A DNA stretch of 64,000 nucleotides from Flavobacterium sp. (lineage in GTDB: Bacteria; Bacteroidota; Bacteroidia; Flavobacteriales; Flavobacteriaceae). The stretch covers positions 1,134 to 65,133 of the forward strand of contig NZ_JBEILJ010000007.1 of assembly GCF_040379285.1 (NCBI RefSeq), given 5' to 3'. Shown here in pieces: positions 59,853 through 64,000 of the stretch (position 1 is its first letter; each line of letters begins with the position of its first letter). The position numbers and the translations under genes are program-made. The notes under the pieces are model-generated. The model was not told the origin of the DNA, did no database searches, and saw only the letters and a program-made list of their open reading frames with translations.

Positions 59853-60950
59853 ATGAAAAATAACTCTACCCCAATCGCGTGGGGCTTGCGCATTGTTGTG
59901 GCCGTATTGTTTATCGTTTCGGCCATTGCCAAATTATATCCTTCCCCCTATTTTGCGATTTCAACTTTTGAAGTGAAGCAATTATACCCGATGGGATTTT
60001 CACCAGAAGTTGCGGTATTCTTTTCACGTACGTTAATCGGAATTGAAATGGCGTTGGGCCTTTTGTTGTTGCAAAACCATTGGTTGAAACGCTTTATTAT
60101 TCCTGCCACGATTGCCCTCCTAGTGGTTTTCATTGGCCATTTGAGTTATGAAACCTTTATCAGTGGAAATTCGGGAAATTGTGGTTGCTTTGGCGAATTG
60201 ATTCCAATGACCCCTGTGGAAGCGATTATCAAAAATGTAATTGCAGTGGGACTGCTTGGGTACCTCAACCGATTACTCCCGAAAGGGTCGGATGCGCCTA
60301 ACTTTTGGGTGTTGACTACAGTCCTTTTTGCCTCCATTCTCGGTATTTTTATGATGGCTCCGATTCAACCGCCCGCTCCTGAATTTACAGTGAGTCAGCC
60401 CACCGTAGTCCCGCAAGACACGACCCCAGTGGCCATCGAAACTCCAGATACTATTGCTGCCCCCGTAGCGAAGACAAAAGTCGATACATTGGCAACTGCC
60501 AAAGTAGTTCAAGCCCCCAAAGAGCCTAAAAAAGTGAGCTCAGGCTATGCCAATTTGTTTCCTACTATTGATCAAGGGAAAAAGATACTCTGCTACTTCG
60601 TGCCGGGCTGCGACCATTGTCGGGAGGCTGCCAAAGAACTAACCCAAATGCGAAAAACGAATCCTTCTATGCCTCCTATATCCATTATCTTTATGAATGA
60701 GGAAGCCGACTTGATTCCGAAGTTTTTTGAAGAAACGGGCGCTACCTATCCGTATCAAATCATCGAGATTATTCCGTTTTGGAATCAATTGGGCCGTGGA
60801 AAAGACACGCCTGGGGTAAAATACCTTTGGAATGGTAATGAAGTGAAATACTGGTGGGGCATTGACAGCAATCAATTTAAACCCGCCGAATTGCAAACGG
60901 TGTTGAAAAAAAGCTATGAAGAATTAAAAAAATCCAATCCTAAATTATAA
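59853..60950 (+). CDS. DoxX/MauE-like membrane domain fused to thioredoxin-like domain
   Basis: FIVSAIAK...GNCGCFGE...KNV (MauE-like); PGCDHC in the C-terminal domain. Confidence 0.75.
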   Translation: MKNNSTPIAWGLRIVVAVLFIVSAIAKLYPSPYFAISTFEVKQLYPMGFSPEVAVFFSRTLIGIEMALGLLLLQNHWLKRFIIPATIALLVVFIGHLSYETFISGNSGNCGCFGELIPMTPVEAIIKNVIAVGLLGYLNRLLPKGSDAPNFWVLTTVLFASILGIFMMAPIQPPAPEFTVSQPTVVPQDTTPVAIETPDTIAAPVAKTKVDTLATAKVVQAPKEPKKVSSGYANLFPTIDQGKKILCYFVPGCDHCREAAKELTQMRKTNPSMPPISIIFMNEEADLIPKFFEETGATYPYQIIEIIPFWNQLGRGKDTPGVKYLWNGNEVKYWWGIDSNQFKPAELQTVLKKSYEELKKSNPKL

Positions 60951-60953
60951 CGT

Positions 60954-61460
60954 ATGAAAAAAATAATCCCTTTCGCTGTGATTTTACTTTCCCTCGTATC
61001 CTGTGCGCAAAGCACCCCTCCCAAGCAATTTTCGGAGGCTACAAAACAAGAAAAAGTAACCGATTTACAAGGCCAAGAATTATCGTTTGGTGACTTACTC
61101 AAACGCCACCGTGGGAAAATTACGGTTATCGAAATCTGGGCGTCTTGGTGCGGCGACTGTGTCAAAGCCATGCCTAAAGTCAAAGAAATGCAAGCGGCAC
61201 ATCCCGATGTTGATTATGTATTTATCTCCATGGATAAAGGGCTTGACAAATGGAAAGCGGGGATTGAAAAGCACCAACTCACGGGTGATCAATACTGGGT
61301 GAACGATGAAAAAGGCATGAAAGGAAGTTTTGGAAAATCGATTGATTTGGACTGGATTCCACGCTACATCGTCTTGGATGCTGAAGGAAATATTGTAACC
61401 TATCGGGCGATTGAAACCGACTTTGAACAACTTAATGCTACTTTAAAAACGTTGAAATAA
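60954..61460 (+). CDS. TlpA-family thiol-disulfide oxidoreductase lipoprotein
   Basis: Lipobox LVSC; WASWCGDC and IPRYIVLD. Confidence 0.92.
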   Translation: MKKIIPFAVILLSLVSCAQSTPPKQFSEATKQEKVTDLQGQELSFGDLLKRHRGKITVIEIWASWCGDCVKAMPKVKEMQAAHPDVDYVFISMDKGLDKWKAGIEKHQLTGDQYWVNDEKGMKGSFGKSIDLDWIPRYIVLDAEGNIVTYRAIETDFEQLNATLKTLK

Positions 61461-62209
61461 TGAGAAGAAAAATTGTTGCCGGCAACTGGAAAATGCATAA
61501 AAATGCTGAAGAAACAGAAGATTTCCTAAACGAATTAATTGCCGCGCTTCCCGACGATATTGAGGCCGAAGTGATTGTTGCGCCTCCCTTTGTGAATTTA
61601 GCTTCGGCGGCCGATCATGTTGAATTTACTCCGATTACGGTAGCCGCACAAAATATGCATCAAGCAGAAAGCGGTGCCTATACCGGCGAAATTTCGGCTG
61701 CCATGTTAAAAAGCATTGGGGTAAATACGGTGATTTTAGGTCATTCGGAGCGTCGTGCGTACTTCAACGAAACGGATGCCGCCTTGGCGAATAAAGTAGA
61801 TACGGCTTTGAAACACGATATGACCGTTATTTTTTGTTTTGGAGAAGAATTGAAAGACCGTCAAAACGGACAACATTTTAACGTCGTTGAAAATCAGTTA
61901 CGCGATGGGCTGTTCCATATTGACGATAAGAACTGGGCGCAAATTGTCTTGGCTTACGAACCCGTTTGGGCGATTGGCACAGGAGAAACGGCGACCCCAG
62001 ATCAAGCTCAAGAAATGCATGAATTCATTCGCAACACTCTACGATCACGCTACCCTCAGGTGGCGGAAGATGTTTCGATTTTGTATGGCGGTAGTGTAAA
62101 ACCCGACAATGCGCGTGAAATATTCTCCAAACCCGATGTCGATGGTGGTTTGATTGGTGGCGCGGCTTTGAAAGTGGCCGATTTTGTGGCGATTGCGGAA
62201 GCGATTTAG
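61460..62209 (+). CDS. tpiA: Triose-phosphate isomerase
   Basis: AGNWKM, GHSERR, AYEPVWAIGTG, YGGSV and LIGGA. Confidence 0.98.
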   Translation: MRRKIVAGNWKMHKNAEETEDFLNELIAALPDDIEAEVIVAPPFVNLASAADHVEFTPITVAAQNMHQAESGAYTGEISAAMLKSIGVNTVILGHSERRAYFNETDAALANKVDTALKHDMTVIFCFGEELKDRQNGQHFNVVENQLRDGLFHIDDKNWAQIVLAYEPVWAIGTGETATPDQAQEMHEFIRNTLRSRYPQVAEDVSILYGGSVKPDNAREIFSKPDVDGGLIGGAALKVADFVAIAEAI

Positions 62210-62239
62210 CCCCCTAACCCCAAAAGGGGGAAAGAGATG

Positions 62240-62287
62240 CTGAGACGCTAAGACGCTGAGCTGCTGAGCCGCTGAGCTCCTGAGCAA
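62240..62287 (+). repeat. Orphan array of 6 x 8-mer CT(G/A)AGnnn
   Basis: CTGAGACG CTAAGACG CTGAGCTG CTGAGCCG CTGAGCTC CTGAGCAA. Confidence 0.88.
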
Positions 62288-62338
62288 TCGTCAACGACAA
62301 ATCTCCCCTAGACTCCTACATTAAGCACCACGCAACGG

Positions 62339-62455
62339 CTATGCGAACTATGTTACTATGTGGTTTAAAAAAACATAACGCATCTTTCAAGTTTACTACA
62401 CAGTAAAATAAGGTAGTAATTAAATTTAACCACATAGGGACATAGGTGTATATAG
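62339..62455. repeat. Inverted pair of CTATG/CATAG mini-arrays
   Basis: CTATGTTACTATGTGGTT (62348-62365) versus AACCACATAGGGACATAG (62428-62445), 16/18 complementary. Confidence 0.8.
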
Positions 62456-62458
62456 GTG

Positions 62459-62498
62459 TTGAGCCGCTGAGCTCCTGAGACGCTGAGCTCCTGAGCAA
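62459..62498 (+). repeat. Orphan array of 5 x 8-mer (C/T)TGAGnnn
   Basis: TTGAGCCG CTGAGCTC CTGAGACG CTGAGCTC CTGAGCAA; shares CTGAGCTCCTGAGCAATCGT with the 62240 array. Confidence 0.88.
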
Positions 62499-62768
62499 TC
62501 GTTGCGTGAAGATAGGGATGAGATTTCTCCTAACGTCGAAAGGACATCAGGACGTTGTATTTTTTTAGCTAGCTAAAAACTTTACCCATAAGTTGTGCTT
62601 CCAAAGAAGGAGAAATCCCATAAGGTTGGGGGCGGATTTGCTAAAAAAGTATAGCTTGTTTCTTGAAACTTTAGACTCCAAACGGGGGGATTCCTTTTTT
62701 ATCCTTTTCGCTGGTTTTCGCTGGTTTTCGACTATGATATTGGGTTTTCGATTTCATGGCTTTTTCAT

Positions 62769-62823
62769 GGACTATCTAGGGAGTATCTATGGAGTATGTA
62801 TGGAGTATCTAGGGCGTATCCCT
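62769..62823 (+). repeat. Five tandem 11-mers, consensus GGAGTATCTA(G/T)
   Basis: GGACTATCTAG GGAGTATCTAT GGAGTATGTAT GGAGTATCTAG GGCGTATCCCT. Confidence 0.8.
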
Positions 62824-63210
62824 ACCCCACCCCATAATTTGGGACAAAACTAGCGTTTGCGTTCAGTATTTGGTATACATGAAAGCTACCGCAACACTGT
62901 TTTTTTTTTTTACGCTTTTGATGACCGAAGCAACCCCTTACGTTGCCTTTTTTGGAAAGCGCTGTACCTCCCCAAAAAGAACTCCTTTTTTACGCCCCTT
63001 AACGGAAAACCGTACCCTCCCCACTTTTCTTTGCTGTAATTTTATGGCTTGGTGGAAAAAAACCGACTAGCCGCCGGAAAAATACCTGTTTTTGCGGGGA
63101 AAAATCCTGCGGAAAATTGGGAGAGAATGTTTAATTTGCGGGGGGATAATTTGATTAGGTGTGTAAAGCTGTCAGGCGTCAGCTTTGAAAAAAAACTATA
63201 AAAAATAATT

Positions 63211-63819
63211 ATGAGAAAATTTTTATTCTTTTTTACGACTTTTAGTCTACTATCTATACCGCTACTTGGACAAGAAAATAAATCTGTTAAAGATACAATT
63301 ACTTCAAGTATTGATAATCGAGAACATTTTACATTTTTAGATATTCCTATAAATGGACCAATAAAACAATTCGTTAAAAAACTAGAAAATAAAAACTTCA
63401 AACTTGAGGATATAACAGATGTTGACGCTGTCCTTACCGGTAGATTTACTGGCGAAAAAGTTCAACTCTTAGTTCAAGGTAAAAAAGAAACTGTAGTAAG
63501 TGTAATTGTAATTTTACCCGAAAGAGAATCCTTATTTGATGCAACATCACGGTACACCTATATAAAATCCAAACTGATTCAGAAATACGGTGAACCTGAA
63601 ATAATTGAAGAAAAATTTGAAGAGTTTAATAATAAAACTTATGAAGATGAAATAAAAGCACTTAAAGATGGATTATATATTTTTGAGAGTCATTTTTTGA
63701 CCAAAAATGGCAATGGTATGATTAGGTTAAAAATAGAATCGGATTTGAGTATATTGATTGATTATGTTGATACAAAAAATTATAAATTGTTGAGTAAAGA
63801 TGCATTTGAAGAATACTAA
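63211..63819 (+). CDS. AT-rich secreted hypothetical protein (candidate gene cassette)
   Basis: Signal peptide; HFTFLDIPINGPIKQFVKKL...LIQKYGEP; visibly more AT-rich than the backbone genes. Confidence 0.8.
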   Translation: MRKFLFFFTTFSLLSIPLLGQENKSVKDTITSSIDNREHFTFLDIPINGPIKQFVKKLENKNFKLEDITDVDAVLTGRFTGEKVQLLVQGKKETVVSVIVILPERESLFDATSRYTYIKSKLIQKYGEPEIIEEKFEEFNNKTYEDEIKALKDGLYIFESHFLTKNGNGMIRLKIESDLSILIDYVDTKNYKLLSKDAFEEY

Positions 63820-63844
63820 ATTGATTAAAAATAATAAGCCGAAT

Positions 63845-63939
63845 GCCTCACAGCAGTATAGTAAAATGGTGGGTTAAGGGCTAAATTGAAAGTAAGCAAT
63901 TATAAATCAGTCGATTAGTAAATACCCAAAACGTTAAGC
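63845..63939 (+). mobile_element. attC-like recombination site (degenerate)
   Basis: Starts GCCTCAC (RYYYAAC-like) 25 nt after the stop and ends AAAAC-GTTAAGC (GTTRRRY). Confidence 0.55.
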
Positions 63940-63980
63940 ACAATCATTCCAAGAACATTACCTATAAACTGATTTTAAAT

Positions 63981-64000
63981 ATGGATAACTTAAAGAAAAA
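63981..64000 (+). CDS. Probable start of the next cassette gene (MDNLKK..., truncated by the window)
   Basis: ATG 41 nt after GTTAAGC; open to the window edge. Confidence 0.35.

Noticed and set aside
965-62498. Numerous 60-170 aa ORFs antisense to or nested in housekeeping genes
   Set aside because: They are shadows of well-supported genes, with no motifs or independent expression signals.
62870-63070. Phase-variable small secreted protein with a T12 tract
   Set aside because: The signal-like start is mostly poly-Phe from the T-run, and no tract length yields a longer or recognisable product.

Overview
Chromosomal window from a Bacteroidota genome, most consistent with Flavobacterium. The evidence is TAnnTTTG promoter elements, a GENNYALAA tmRNA tag, T9SS C-terminal domains and typical gene content. 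Most of it is housekeeping backbone: ssrA, yaaA, two DEAD-box helicases, nth, uvrA, rdgB, purB, guaB, pyrD, rlmH, folP and tpiA, plus envelope glycosylation and TonB-dependent receptor genes. Five layers sit on top of this backbone. (1) Two four-helix-bundle (23S-IVP/Avd-like) genes are each bracketed by inverted arrays of short tandem repeats (8-mer CTGAG core and 6-mer CAGTC core), and gene-less copies of such arrays occur elsewhere. (2) A REP-associated Y1 transposase carries REP hairpins both inside its reading frame and across its stop codon. (3) At the right edge an AT-rich gene is bounded by integron-like core sites and an attC-like element, apparently the start of a cassette array; no integrase is in view. 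(4) Three gene relics not in the ORF track and an orphan trpG suggest ongoing gene loss. (5) Several recognisable operator palindromes and degenerate enzymes are present. All family calls come from motif recognition by eye; no searches were run.
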